This document shows positions 1-8,530 of a stretch of 22,884 nt of DNA, piece by piece (the stretch's first letter is position 1; each line of letters opens with the position of its first letter). The stretch spans positions 88,332 through 111,215 of the IMG/VR virus record IMGVR_UViG_3300042946_000144; one strand, written 5' to 3'. The stretch is from a virus (taxonomy: Duplodnaviria; Heunggongvirae; Uroviricota; Caudoviricetes). The position numbers were made by a program, and so were the translations under genes. The notes beneath the pieces are model-generated. The model worked only from the letters and a program-made list of their open reading frames with translations. It did no database searches and was not told the DNA's origin.

Positions 1-1
1 G

Positions 2-319
2 TACAGAATGCTAGAAACAATGTCCGAACTAAGTAATAAATGGTATCATCAATGTCTAGAAGAACTTACTCCTATCCTTGGTAGAAAGAGAGCTAAGGAA
101 TCAGCTAGGTTCTTTAAGACATACAATTCTCAGATACAAGCAGATGTTATGTTTAACATGAGAAGCTTTGCTAACTTCTTGAAGCTTAGGATGTCTGAGC
201 ATGCTCAAGTAGAGATTAGAGAGATAGCTACAAAGATGTATGAATTAGTTAGGGATATACCTGGATCACCATTTAAAGAAACATTAAAATCATTTGGATA
301 TGGAAAAAACAATAACTAA
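2..319 (+). CDS. thyX: Flavin-dependent thymidylate synthase ThyX, C-terminal part (5'-truncated by window edge)
   Basis: KESARFFKTYNSQIQADVMFNMRSFANFLKLRMSEHAQVEIREIATKM matches the ThyX C-terminal pattern RExAR...NxRxxxxFxxLR....AQxEIRxxAxxM. The frame is open back to base 2. Confidence 0.8.
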   Translation, partial: YRMLETMSELSNKWYHQCLEELTPILGRKRAKESARFFKTYNSQIQADVMFNMRSFANFLKLRMSEHAQVEIREIATKMYELVRDIPGSPFKETLKSFGYGKNNN

Positions 320-545
320 ATTGTATAGAAATCTTGCAGAAGTAAGAGACTATGATGTCCAGTCTGCAATTGATAAGAATGAACACTTTAAGATTAAGTA
401 TAGTGGGGATGTTATGACTCTATCTCCAGAAGATTTAAAGAATAAAGTGGTATCTACATCAAAAACTACATTCAAAAGTAAGGTTGGGGGTAAAGATTAT
501 AGACTAGTTGGATATGATTGGAACCCTGATGAAATGGATTATTAA
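294..545 (+). CDS. Hypothetical phage protein
   Basis: 83-aa ORF tightly packed in the + strand operon; no recognisable motif. The start could also be the ATG at 300. Confidence 0.6.
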   Translation: MDMEKTITKLYRNLAEVRDYDVQSAIDKNEHFKIKYSGDVMTLSPEDLKNKVVSTSKTTFKSKVGGKDYRLVGYDWNPDEMDY

Positions 546-555
546 AATTTAAAAC

Positions 556-816
556 ATGGAAAACGAAAAACAACTAAAGGTATCTATCAACAGAACACCT
601 TCGTTCACAGAGATTTGGTATGAAGGATCTGTTGAATTAGATGGAGAAGAACACAAGTTCTGGTTGATACATCCACAGGGTGTAGATCCTAATGGTAATG
701 AGTATGAAGTGGACGTTAGATGGTTCTTCCAAAGGGTTCCTAGGGAGATAAGATCTATGGTTCCATATATTATTGACGCATTTAAACAGAAAGCACATGA
801 TACAGGGAAAGAGTAA
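556..816 (+). CDS. Hypothetical phage protein
   Basis: 86-aa ORF with A-rich start context (taaaatttaaaacATG); fits the gene packing. Confidence 0.7.
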   Translation: MENEKQLKVSINRTPSFTEIWYEGSVELDGEEHKFWLIHPQGVDPNGNEYEVDVRWFFQRVPREIRSMVPYIIDAFKQKAHDTGKE

Positions 817-1849
817 AACAGAGGCAACATATAGAGCCTTGCAGTTAGACAGCTCCTCTAGCTTAAAAGAGTTCTCCACAAATAGGAGAAAGTATTACAA
901 AAAGTATATACTGGGTGAGAAGGTTGAAGATGATGATACAAAAGCTGCCACTATAGGTAGGATTGTAGAAACATTATTGTTAGAACCACAAGAGTTTGAT
1001 GGTAGATTTTACATGTCCGTGTGTACATCTGCTCCAACAGGACTGATGCTTGCTTTTGTGGATGCTCTATATAAGCATACAAACCAAGCTACAGATGAAA
1101 TGGGGAATGTAACAAGAAGCTTTGAGGACATTGCAAAAGATGCATATGTAGATTCAGGGTTTAAGATTAAGTTTGAGGCTGTGCTTGCAAAGTTTTTGGA
1201 TAGTGATGCTGAGATTTATTACAAAGAGATCAGAGAGGTTAGATCGAAAGGGCTTACAGTGATTACAACAGAAGATGTAACCAATGCTGAGAAGATTGTA
1301 GAAGAGCTTAAAACAAACAGTGTTACAGCTGATATTGTAAACCTTGTAAATAGCAGTCGTTACACTATTGAGAACCAGATGCAGATTGAAGGATATTCTG
1401 TAATGGGTCATCCGTTCAAGAGCATGTTAGATAAGGTGATAATAGATCATAATGAGAAAGAAATCTTCATCTACGATCTCAAATGTGTATGGGCTGTAGA
1501 AGGATTCTATGATGAATACTATCTCTACAGAAGAGCATACATTCAAGCCTATCTGTATTGGATGGCTGTAAGTTCTCTCACTGTAGATAAGTCTAACGAA
1601 GTGTATGGATATAAAGTGCACTATCCAAGATTCATTGTTTGCGATAGTACAAACTATTATAACCCATTGATATATACACTCAGTGAAGTGGATATGCAGG
1701 AAGCTTTTGCAGGATTTGAACACAAAGGACGTAAATATCCTGGTGTAAAACAACTCATCGAAGATCTAAAATGGGCTATTGAGAACGATATATGGAATAT
1801 CAGCAGAGAAAACTATTTAAATAATGGAATGGTAAATATAAAAGCTTAA
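797..1849 (+). CDS. PD-(D/E)XK exonuclease (exonuclease VIII/RecE C-terminal, DUF3799-like)
   Basis: N-terminal YRALQLDSSSSLKEF...KYY and ATIGRIVETLLLEP resemble the ExoVIII-type N-terminus. The catalytic-like motifs are FKSMLDKVIID and IYDLK, followed by Y...QAYLY. The ATG at 797 is preferred over the track start at 773. Confidence 0.72.
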   Translation: MIQGKSKTEATYRALQLDSSSSLKEFSTNRRKYYKKYILGEKVEDDDTKAATIGRIVETLLLEPQEFDGRFYMSVCTSAPTGLMLAFVDALYKHTNQATDEMGNVTRSFEDIAKDAYVDSGFKIKFEAVLAKFLDSDAEIYYKEIREVRSKGLTVITTEDVTNAEKIVEELKTNSVTADIVNLVNSSRYTIENQMQIEGYSVMGHPFKSMLDKVIIDHNEKEIFIYDLKCVWAVEGFYDEYYLYRRAYIQAYLYWMAVSSLTVDKSNEVYGYKVHYPRFIVCDSTNYYNPLIYTLSEVDMQEAFAGFEHKGRKYPGVKQLIEDLKWAIENDIWNISRENYLNNGMVNIKA

Positions 1850-2403
1850 TGGCAGACATGAAAAAAACAATAACCAGTATATTTATGGTTCCCACATTGA
1901 AAATCAAGAAAGAAAGACTACTTGAATGTGGGTTCATAAATGGTTATATACAAGACAATAGAAAGAGTATTCAATATGAAGGGTGTATATATCTACTCTT
2001 CAAACCTGAGAAACTAGACATATTCAGAGAGTTTCTAGACGATGAATATGAACGCACAAAAGCATTGGTTGATGATTATGATTATGAGGATGGATATGTT
2101 ATTGTGGTTTATATGCTAGATAAGAAATTCAAGAATGATTTTGATCTAGTTAAACGAGGTAAGTATTCTCAAACTTCTCCTTCATTTCAAGAATTGTTCC
2201 CAAAACATGTCAAGATTAACAAGAACGGTCGTAACTTTGAAGAGATTAGTCTTCAATATCGAGTGTTTAACAAGACAGAAGATCTTAGAAAATATTGGGA
2301 GGACAAGCTTGCTGTTGAATTTGATAATGAAATGGAAGTTTGGGATGGGTTTGTGTTTGAAAATGAAATTCTAAACCTTGATAAAATTAAACAAAATGTA
2401 TAA
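1849..2403 (+). CDS. Hypothetical phage protein
   Basis: 184-aa ORF coupled to the nuclease gene by a TAATG overlap at 1847-1851. Confidence 0.75.
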   Translation: MADMKKTITSIFMVPTLKIKKERLLECGFINGYIQDNRKSIQYEGCIYLLFKPEKLDIFREFLDDEYERTKALVDDYDYEDGYVIVVYMLDKKFKNDFDLVKRGKYSQTSPSFQELFPKHVKINKNGRNFEEISLQYRVFNKTEDLRKYWEDKLAVEFDNEMEVWDGFVFENEILNLDKIKQNV

Positions 2404-2602
2404 CGAAGAAATCGTAAAAGTACTTCTTGAGAATAATCCTGTAGAGCAGGTGAAGATTTTCTGCAAGATAGAAAGTATGAAAAACAAAATGCTTGCTGAG
2501 GATTATAAGAAAAGAGGTATCACTGACACTTGGCCATATGAATTTGATTATGATGCTGAGTGGTGGGAAAACAAATACAATGAACTTTTAAACAACATGT
2601 AA
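2396..2602 (+). CDS. Hypothetical protein
   Basis: ATG at 2396 in an A-rich context overlaps the upstream stop. Confidence 0.6.
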   Translation: MYNEEIVKVLLENNPVEQVKIFCKIESMKNKMLAEDYKKRGITDTWPYEFDYDAEWWENKYNELLNNM

Positions 2603-2603
2603 T

Positions 2604-2978
2604 ATGACAATGCTAGAACTATTAAAAGAGTATCCCAACTCAGCCAACATTGTTAGACAATGGTTCTTAAACAAGATGTTGAATGGGTTGAAAGACGACA
2701 GTATTCCTGAGGGATTTAAGGAATACATGAAACAGAAGGGTGTAGATGATGAAAAGATCACAGACATTCTTCAGAACAGTCCCAGGTCTATGTTCGATGT
2801 GTTTGATGACAATGGTTTGTACATTGAGATTACAAGAGCAGACGATCATTTCTGGTGGGCTGTTAATTCTTCTGTCTATCAGGAGAAGTATTCTACAAGG
2901 AAAGATGCTGAAAAAGCAGCTATTTCTGAATCATTCAAACTGTTAAACGAAAAGCTAAATGAAGGACAAAATAGTTGA
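2604..2978 (+). CDS. Hypothetical protein
   Basis: 124-aa ORF starting 1 nt after the previous stop. Confidence 0.7.
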   Translation: MTMLELLKEYPNSANIVRQWFLNKMLNGLKDDSIPEGFKEYMKQKGVDDEKITDILQNSPRSMFDVFDDNGLYIEITRADDHFWWAVNSSVYQEKYSTRKDAEKAAISESFKLLNEKLNEGQNS

Positions 2979-3210
2979 ACAAGTGGTTGACAAGTATTTC
3001 GAGAGAAGTGCTGTAGGTATTCTGAAATATGGAACAACCTTAGAAGGAAACAATAAGGATAACTACCTAAACCATCTACAGCAGGAACTTATGGATGCAA
3101 CACTATACCTGGAGAAATTTATGTCTATGCATCAGGAACTAACTACAATGGTTAAGACCTATGCGAATGATGCTGATCTTGGTATGGCTGTAAGAAAACT
3201 TGTTAAGTAG
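2959..3210 (+). CDS. Small all-alpha nucleotide-metabolism protein (MazG-like NTP pyrophosphohydrolase / T7 gp1.7-like)
   Basis: Pattern D.IVE.V..KY..RS..G..KYGTTL......YL.HLQQELMDA.LYLEK, with an acidic helix (ELMD) typical of this phage family. It lies directly upstream of the RNR gene. Confidence 0.5.
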   Translation: MKDKIVEQVVDKYFERSAVGILKYGTTLEGNNKDNYLNHLQQELMDATLYLEKFMSMHQELTTMVKTYANDADLGMAVRKLVK

Positions 3211-3224
3211 AATTTTTCAAATCT

Positions 3225-3265
3225 CTTGGTTCGTAAGGGCTGCATTTTGTATATTTGCAGCCCTT
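3225..3265 (+). promoter_or_regulatory. Bacteroidota-type promoter overlapped by a 10-bp inverted repeat
   Basis: CTTG (3225-3228) - 21 nt - TATATTTG (3250-3257). The inverted repeat AAGGGCTGCA (3235-3244) / TGCAGCCCTT (3256-3265) is followed by TATTTTT. Confidence 0.6.
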
Positions 3266-3293
3266 TATTTTTAACCAAATTAAAACAAAATGT

Positions 3294-5147
3294 ATGGATC
3301 TTGGACTAGAAACGTTGAGCGAACTAACAGTGTATACTAAGTATGCGAAGTATATACCAGAATTGAAAAGAAGAGAGAATTGGGATGAGATTGTAGACCG
3401 TTATCAGAACATGATGGTCAAGAAATACCCAAAATTAGAAGAGAGCATTGTAAAAAGTGCTGAACTTATTAGGATGAAGAAGGTGTTACCTTCTATGAGA
3501 GCTCTACAGTTTGCTGGTCCTGCTGCAGAAGTTAACAACGCTCGCATTTATAACTGTTGTTTTCTGCCTATTGACAGTTTACACAGTTTCAGTGAGACAA
3601 TGTTTCTCCTATTAGGAGGAACTGGTGTGGGTTATTCTGTACAGAAACACCACGTTGCACAGCTTCCCACTATTAAGAAGCCTGGAAAGAAAAAGACTTT
3701 CCTTATAGAGGATTCTATTATGGGATGGGCTGATGCAGTTAAGGTGTTGATGAAAGCTTATATGGAAGGATCATTTATGCCTAACTTTGACTTCAGAGCA
3801 ATTAGACACAAGGGTGCTAGATTGGTTACAGCAGGTGGTAAAGCTCCTGGTCCTGAACCATTAAAACTTTGTCTCACACACGTACAAGCTATGTTGGACA
3901 GAAAACAGGAAGGAGAAAGTTTAACACCTTTGGAATGTCATGATATCTTATGTCATATTGCAAACAGTGTATTGGCTGGTGGTATCCGTAGAAGTGCTAT
4001 GATTGCTTTGTTTAGCCATGATGATGAGGAAATGATTACATGTAAATATGGATCTTGGTGGGAATTGAATGAGCAAAGAGGAAGAGCAAACAACTCTGCT
4101 GTTCTTGAGAGAACAGAGGTTTTGGCTACAGAATTCTTTGATCTTTGGAAGAGAATCGAGGCTTCTGGATCTGGAGAACCTGGAATCTATTGGACAAATA
4201 ACAAAGATTGGGGAACCAATCCTTGCTGTGAGATTGGACTGAGACCATATCAATTCTGTAACCTGTGTGAGGTGAATGTAAGTGATGTTGCAGATCAAAC
4301 AGATCTTAACGATAGAGTGGCTGTTGCAGCATTTTTTGGAACATTACAAGCTGGTTTCACAGATTTTCACTATCTTCGTGATATCTGGAGACAAACAACC
4401 CAGAAAGACGCTCTTTTAGGTATTGGTATGACAGGAATTGGTTCAGGTGAAATCTTGAAACACGATCTTGATATTGCTGCAAACACAGCCAAGGTTGTAA
4501 ACTCTATGATTTCTGAGAAGATTGGAACAAATGAAGCAGCTCGCATCACATGTATCAAACCTTCTGGAACAACATCTCTTGTATTAGGAACAGCTTCAGG
4601 AATTCATGCATGGCATGCTCCTTATTATCTTCGCACTATGAGATTTAACAAGAACGAAGATGTTGCAGCATATTTGATGGTGAATCATCCTGAGTTGTGT
4701 GAAGATGATGTTCTTCGTCCTAATGATACAGTGTGTGTACGTATTCCTGTTAAAGCTCCTGAAGGTTCTATATTCAGAACAGAGACAGCTATTGATACAT
4801 TAGAACGTGTAAAGAAGTTTTCTCAGGAATGGATTAAACCAGGACACATAAATGGTGATAACACACACAACGTAAGTGCTACAGTGTCTATTCAAGATGG
4901 AGAATGGGCTAATGTAGGAGAGTGGATGTGGGAAAACCGTGATGTGTATAATGGTCTGAGTGTTCTACCCTATTCAGATCACACTTATGTACAAGCTCCT
5001 TTTGAGGACATTACAGAAGAAGAATATAATAAAAGAATTGGCTCACTGCACTCTCTTGATCTTTCTAAAGTGACAGAGATAGATGATAATGTAGACTTCG
5101 GTGCTATAGCAGCTTGTGCAGGTGGAGCATGTGAAATTAATATCTAA
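3294..5147 (+). CDS. nrdJ: Class II (adenosylcobalamin-dependent) monomeric ribonucleotide reductase
   Basis: Motifs RIYNCCF, GTNPCCEI (thiyl radical Cys), FCNLCEVN, TCIKPSGT and the C-terminal redox pair ACAGGACEI. The size is about 617 aa with no ATP cone and no beta subunit gene nearby. The ATG at 3294 is preferred over the track start at 3255. Confidence 0.9.
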   Translation: MDLGLETLSELTVYTKYAKYIPELKRRENWDEIVDRYQNMMVKKYPKLEESIVKSAELIRMKKVLPSMRALQFAGPAAEVNNARIYNCCFLPIDSLHSFSETMFLLLGGTGVGYSVQKHHVAQLPTIKKPGKKKTFLIEDSIMGWADAVKVLMKAYMEGSFMPNFDFRAIRHKGARLVTAGGKAPGPEPLKLCLTHVQAMLDRKQEGESLTPLECHDILCHIANSVLAGGIRRSAMIALFSHDDEEMITCKYGSWWELNEQRGRANNSAVLERTEVLATEFFDLWKRIEASGSGEPGIYWTNNKDWGTNPCCEIGLRPYQFCNLCEVNVSDVADQTDLNDRVAVAAFFGTLQAGFTDFHYLRDIWRQTTQKDALLGIGMTGIGSGEILKHDLDIAANTAKVVNSMISEKIGTNEAARITCIKPSGTTSLVLGTASGIHAWHAPYYLRTMRFNKNEDVAAYLMVNHPELCEDDVLRPNDTVCVRIPVKAPEGSIFRTETAIDTLERVKKFSQEWIKPGHINGDNTHNVSATVSIQDGEWANVGEWMWENRDVYNGLSVLPYSDHTYVQAPFEDITEEEYNKRIGSLHSLDLSKVTEIDDNVDFGAIAACAGGACEINI

Positions 5148-5175
5148 TTTGTTTTTGTGTGATTTTTAGTGATTG

Positions 5176-5212
5176 ACCCCCTGATATGTCTATATCGGGG
5201 GTTTTTTTTTTT
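5176..5212 (+). terminator. Rho-independent terminator after nrdJ
   Basis: ACCCCC(T)GATAT-gtct-ATATCGGGGGT hairpin followed by a long T run. Confidence 0.85.
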
Positions 5213-5214
5213 AT

Positions 5215-5245
5215 TTCGTATTTACACAAAAACTTCATATCTTTA
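5215..5245 (+). promoter_or_regulatory. Putative promoter for the recA-dut-phoH block
   Basis: TTCG - 19 nt - TATCTTTA, a variant of TTTG/TAnnTTTG. It shares AAAAAC..CTTCATATCTT with the element at 11290-11310 on the - strand. Confidence 0.5.
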
Positions 5246-5264
5246 CAGACAAAATCAACTAAAT

Positions 5265-6299
5265 ATGGCAAAAGCAAAAGAGCCTACAGAAGGCAAAAGC
5301 AAGTTCCAGGAAGCTCTGGACAAACTTAACAAAACCTACGGTGTAGGTACAGTTCTTACATTAGATAGTAAGACAAATGGTAATTATGATGTCATCTCTA
5401 CAGGATCTGTAGGATTTGATCATCTCACTCTTGGTACAGGAGGCTTTGTAAAAGGTAAAATGTACGAACTTATGGGCTGGGAAGGTTCAGGAAAATCAAC
5501 AATCTGTGGTCATGCTGTAGCAGAGTGTCAAAAGAAAGGAGGAGTTGTTCTGTATATAGATGGCGAACATGCTGTTGATAAGAACTATTTCGAAGCAATT
5601 GGTGTAGACACAACAAAGATGTTGATTGCTCAACCATCTTGCGGTGAGGAGGGTTTCAATATTGCTATGGAAATGATTGAGACAGGAACAATTGATCTTG
5701 TTATCATCGATTCAGATTCATCTCTCATTCCTAAGAAGGTGTTAGATGGTGAGGTGGGTGATTCCTCTATCGGTAAGAAGGCTCTGCTTAATTCCAATGC
5801 CTATCCAAAGCTTAAAGGTGCTTTGTCACAACACAATGTATGCGTTATTGTAATCTCTCAGTATAGGGAGAAGATAGGTGTTATGTTTGGTAATCCTACA
5901 ACTACACAAGGAGGACATGCTCTTAAGTTTTATTCAGATGTTCGTATAGAAGTGTCTAAGAGTCTTGCAAAAGAGGGTGATACCACTTACGGTAATATCA
6001 CTAAGGTGAAAGCCATCAAGAACAAAATGTCTCCTCCATATAGAATGTCACAGTTTGAGATTGTGTATGGTGAGGGTATTGACAAGCTTGGAGAGCTTAT
6101 GGAGCTCATCAACGAATATGAGATTGGTAGAAAGTATGGTAAGACAATGACCATAGGAGAAACCAAGTATAACCTTGATGAATTCAAAGCAATGCTTATA
6201 GACAATGAGGAATTCCAAGCTTCTATCAAAGAGCAAATCATTAACAAAATTAATCAAACAGAAATCAAAATCGAAGAAGATGCTAGTAGTGAACTTTAA
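5265..6299 (+). CDS. recA: RecA recombinase (phage-encoded)
   Basis: Walker A GWEGSGKS, IDGEHA, Walker B LVIIDS, QYREKIGVMFGNP...GGHALKFY and KNKMSPPY. The real start is the ATG at 5265, because the track extension runs through the terminator. Confidence 0.95.
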   Translation: MAKAKEPTEGKSKFQEALDKLNKTYGVGTVLTLDSKTNGNYDVISTGSVGFDHLTLGTGGFVKGKMYELMGWEGSGKSTICGHAVAECQKKGGVVLYIDGEHAVDKNYFEAIGVDTTKMLIAQPSCGEEGFNIAMEMIETGTIDLVIIDSDSSLIPKKVLDGEVGDSSIGKKALLNSNAYPKLKGALSQHNVCVIVISQYREKIGVMFGNPTTTQGGHALKFYSDVRIEVSKSLAKEGDTTYGNITKVKAIKNKMSPPYRMSQFEIVYGEGIDKLGELMELINEYEIGRKYGKTMTIGETKYNLDEFKAMLIDNEEFQASIKEQIINKINQTEIKIEEDASSEL

Positions 6300-6714
6300 G
6301 AAACTGCATGCAGATGCAAAGCTCCCTGTAAAGGGGAGCTCATCTGCTGCTTGTCATGATGTATATGCAACATCAGTGGAAGTGGATGAAAACCGTGTAG
6401 CAACCTATAGACTTGGGTTTGCAACAGAAATCCCTGAAGGTTGGAGAGGTGTAGTTGTACCAAGGAGCAACATCTCTAAACATCCATGGGTTTTAGCCAA
6501 CTCTGTAGGAATCATAGATTCTGACTACAGAGGAGAATGGATGGTGAAGTTTAAATGTGTAAGTAATTACATAGAAGCTGTACCTTATAGTTTAGGGGAT
6601 AGGGTGGCTCAGATATATTTTGAAAAGAATGTAGATGTGACCTTTACAGAAGTGGAAGAACTAGATGAAACCGCTAGAGGGGAAGGTGGATTTGGATCAA
6701 CAGGACTAAAATAA
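6280..6714 (+). CDS. dut: Trimeric dUTPase
   Basis: All five motifs are recognisable: AACHDV, PRSNI, GIIDSDYRGE, DRVAQI, RGEGGFGSTG. Start at ATG 6280. Confidence 0.95.
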   Translation: MLVVNFKKLHADAKLPVKGSSSAACHDVYATSVEVDENRVATYRLGFATEIPEGWRGVVVPRSNISKHPWVLANSVGIIDSDYRGEWMVKFKCVSNYIEAVPYSLGDRVAQIYFEKNVDVTFTEVEELDETARGEGGFGSTGLK

Positions 6715-6719
6715 CTAAA

Positions 6720-6947
6720 ATGAGTAAGCTAATTTTATCAATTGATGAGGACGAACTTGATTTATTCAAGAAACAATACGTAAATTTGGTGGACCTTAAC
6801 GATGAGATTGAAAAACTCTTTGAAGAAGGTGAGAAGCTGGACAAGCGTAAGAAGAAAGCATACAAGGAATGGAAGGACAAAGTCAACTTCCTGATTGATA
6901 TGTATAACGGAAGATCCAAATTCAAAACCTATAACAAAGTAAAATGA
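6720..6947 (+). CDS. Hypothetical charged helical protein
   Basis: 75-aa ORF in operon; ATGA overlap with the next gene. Confidence 0.65.
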   Translation: MSKLILSIDEDELDLFKKQYVNLVDLNDEIEKLFEEGEKLDKRKKKAYKEWKDKVNFLIDMYNGRSKFKTYNKVK

Positions 6948-7345
6948 AATCACAGTGTAAAACCTGTGGTAGGAATTGTGAAGGAGAATACTGCTTTGCA
7001 CATAAGCCCAGAAAACCTTTGAATGTTGTAAAAAAATCAACGTTCTCTCGGAAAACATCCGATAAAGGTGACAAAAACCAACAAATGCGTGAGTTCTTTC
7101 TAAACATTTGGAAAAGACGACTGCATATTTCTGAGGTGAGTGGAACCTATCTAGGCAAGGAACCACTTACAGTATTCTTCCATCACATCCTTCCTAAGGA
7201 AAAATATCCTCAGGCTAAATATGACGAGGAGAATATAATTCTTCTAACTCTCGATGAGCATACTAACGTAGAAAGTGATATATACAAGTATGATGAGGTT
7301 AATAGGAGAAGAAACCTTTTAAAAATTAAATATGAAGGAACCTAA
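6944..7345 (+). CDS. HNH-like endonuclease (NinG-like)
   Basis: N-terminal CKTCGRNCEGEYCFAH metal-binding knuckle; HNH-type core FHHILPK...YDEENIILLTLDEH. Confidence 0.6.
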   Translation: MKSQCKTCGRNCEGEYCFAHKPRKPLNVVKKSTFSRKTSDKGDKNQQMREFFLNIWKRRLHISEVSGTYLGKEPLTVFFHHILPKEKYPQAKYDEENIILLTLDEHTNVESDIYKYDEVNRRRNLLKIKYEGT

Positions 7346-7982
7346 CAGAGAACGTAAACAAGAAATCAAGTACAATGTTACACTCAATGATGAACAAAAA
7401 GAAGTTAAGAGACTTATCCTTGACAATCAAGTTGTGGTTATTACAGGTAAGGCTGGTTGTGGAAAGAGTCTTGTCTCAGCACAAACAGCTCTAGACTTCC
7501 TTTTTAAGAAGCAATGTGAACAGATTCTTGTTACAAGGGCTACAATTGAGGTGGGAAACTCATTAGGGTTCTTACCTGGAGGATTAAATGAGAAGTTTGA
7601 TCCCTATCTGGAAGCATTCAAGGAAAACCTTATGAAATGCTATGACAAAACAAAGGTGGAACAGCTTATTACAGATAAGAGAGTGTTAGCCCTACCTGTA
7701 CAGTTCATCCGTGGAAAGACAATTGATGATGTTCTAATTGTTGAAGAAGCTCAAAATCTCACAAAGTCTCAGATGTTAGCCATTCTAACAAGGCTTGGTA
7801 AAACAGGAAAGATGATTATAAATGGAGACAATGAGCAGAAGGACATTAGAGATGAATACAATGGTCTGTCCTATTTGATAGAGTTGTCCAAGAAGATTAA
7901 GGAAATCAAATGGGCAAAGCTCAAAGAGAATCACAGAAGTGATCTAGTTGGAAAAATACTAGAATTAGAATACGGTAAATAA
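7332..7982 (+). CDS. phoH: PhoH family ATPase
   Basis: GKAGCGKS Walker A, LGFLPG, RGKTIDD...IVEEAQN, LTRLG, INGD.EQ.DI. Confidence 0.92.
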   Translation: MKEPNRERKQEIKYNVTLNDEQKEVKRLILDNQVVVITGKAGCGKSLVSAQTALDFLFKKQCEQILVTRATIEVGNSLGFLPGGLNEKFDPYLEAFKENLMKCYDKTKVEQLITDKRVLALPVQFIRGKTIDDVLIVEEAQNLTKSQMLAILTRLGKTGKMIINGDNEQKDIRDEYNGLSYLIELSKKIKEIKWAKLKENHRSDLVGKILELEYGK

Positions 7983-7998
7983 TCAAAACCAAATAAAC

Positions 7999-8301
7999 AT
8001 GACAAATCTGTTCTTTTACACACGTAAGGAGTTGGTATCAGGAACTCCAGAGAATCCTGAATTCAAAGAGTTCAAAGACTCTTTTAACATTAACAAGGTG
8101 GTACGCACTGTTACAATCGAAGATGGTAGAGTGCTTGTATTGTTAGATGACATTCATGAAAGAGCACAACAAGTGCCTGATGTAGATCCTAAGACTAACA
8201 AGATGAAGGGCTACAAAAGAGAACGTAACACTTTCCAGAGCGAAATATACTTGGACCCTGCTGATGGAGAACGTTTTTACAAAATCACAGCAGCAAACTA
8301 A
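7999..8301 (+). CDS. Hypothetical protein
   Basis: 100-aa ORF with A-rich start (aatcaaaaccaaataaacATG); last gene before the terminator. Confidence 0.75.
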   Translation: MTNLFFYTRKELVSGTPENPEFKEFKDSFNINKVVRTVTIEDGRVLVLLDDIHERAQQVPDVDPKTNKMKGYKRERNTFQSEIYLDPADGERFYKITAAN

Positions 8302-8318
8302 ACTCCTCTTGCATGCCT

Positions 8319-8357
8319 AATAAAAAAGCCCTCGTTTTATTGAGGGCTTTTTTTATT
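8319..8357. terminator. Bidirectional intrinsic terminator between convergent gene blocks
   Basis: AATAAAAAAGCCCTC-gttttatt-GAGGGCTTTTTTTATT has A/T runs on both sides. Gene orientation flips here. Confidence 0.9.
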
Positions 8358-8530
8358 CATTTAGAAAGTCTTTTCTGTTTCATTGGCCATTGAGGACTTT
8401 TTAATCTGAGCTTTGTGTCAGCTTCCTTCATGTAATTCCCTTTTGGATTGGGATTATTCACCTTAGGAGCTTTCTTTGGAGCACCAGATTTCTTAGCCTT
8501 ACCAAATGTTGTACTCTTACTTGCAGCCAT
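8357..8530 (-). CDS. Small Lys-rich protein, 57 aa (not in ORF track)
   Basis: Hand translation: MAASKSTTFGKAKKSGAPKKAPKVNNPNPKGNYMKEADTKLRLKSPQWPMKQKRLSK. It fills the gap up to the terminator. Confidence 0.75.
   Translation of the reverse strand: MAASKSTTFGKAKKSGAPKKAPKVNNPNPKGNYMKEADTKLRLKSPQWPMKQKRLSK

Noticed and set aside
797-1849. Possible Cas4 / CRISPR locus
   Set aside because: The PD-(D/E)XK core is present, but the Cas4 four-Cys cluster pattern is not evident. No other cas genes or repeat-spacer array were seen in the window.
3211-3293. Cobalamin riboswitch or NrdR box upstream of nrdJ
   Set aside because: The intergenic region is only about 80 nt, too short for a cobalamin riboswitch, and I see no convincing match to the NrdR palindrome.
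3294-6299. Inteins or introns in nrdJ and recA
   Set aside because: Both ORFs are continuous and of normal length, with no splicing motifs or homing endonuclease inserts visible.
1-8301. Cellular chromosome origin suggested by recA, phoH, thyX, dut
   Set aside because: These genes are divergent, interspersed with small phage-type ORFs, and contiguous with lysis and tail-fibre genes.
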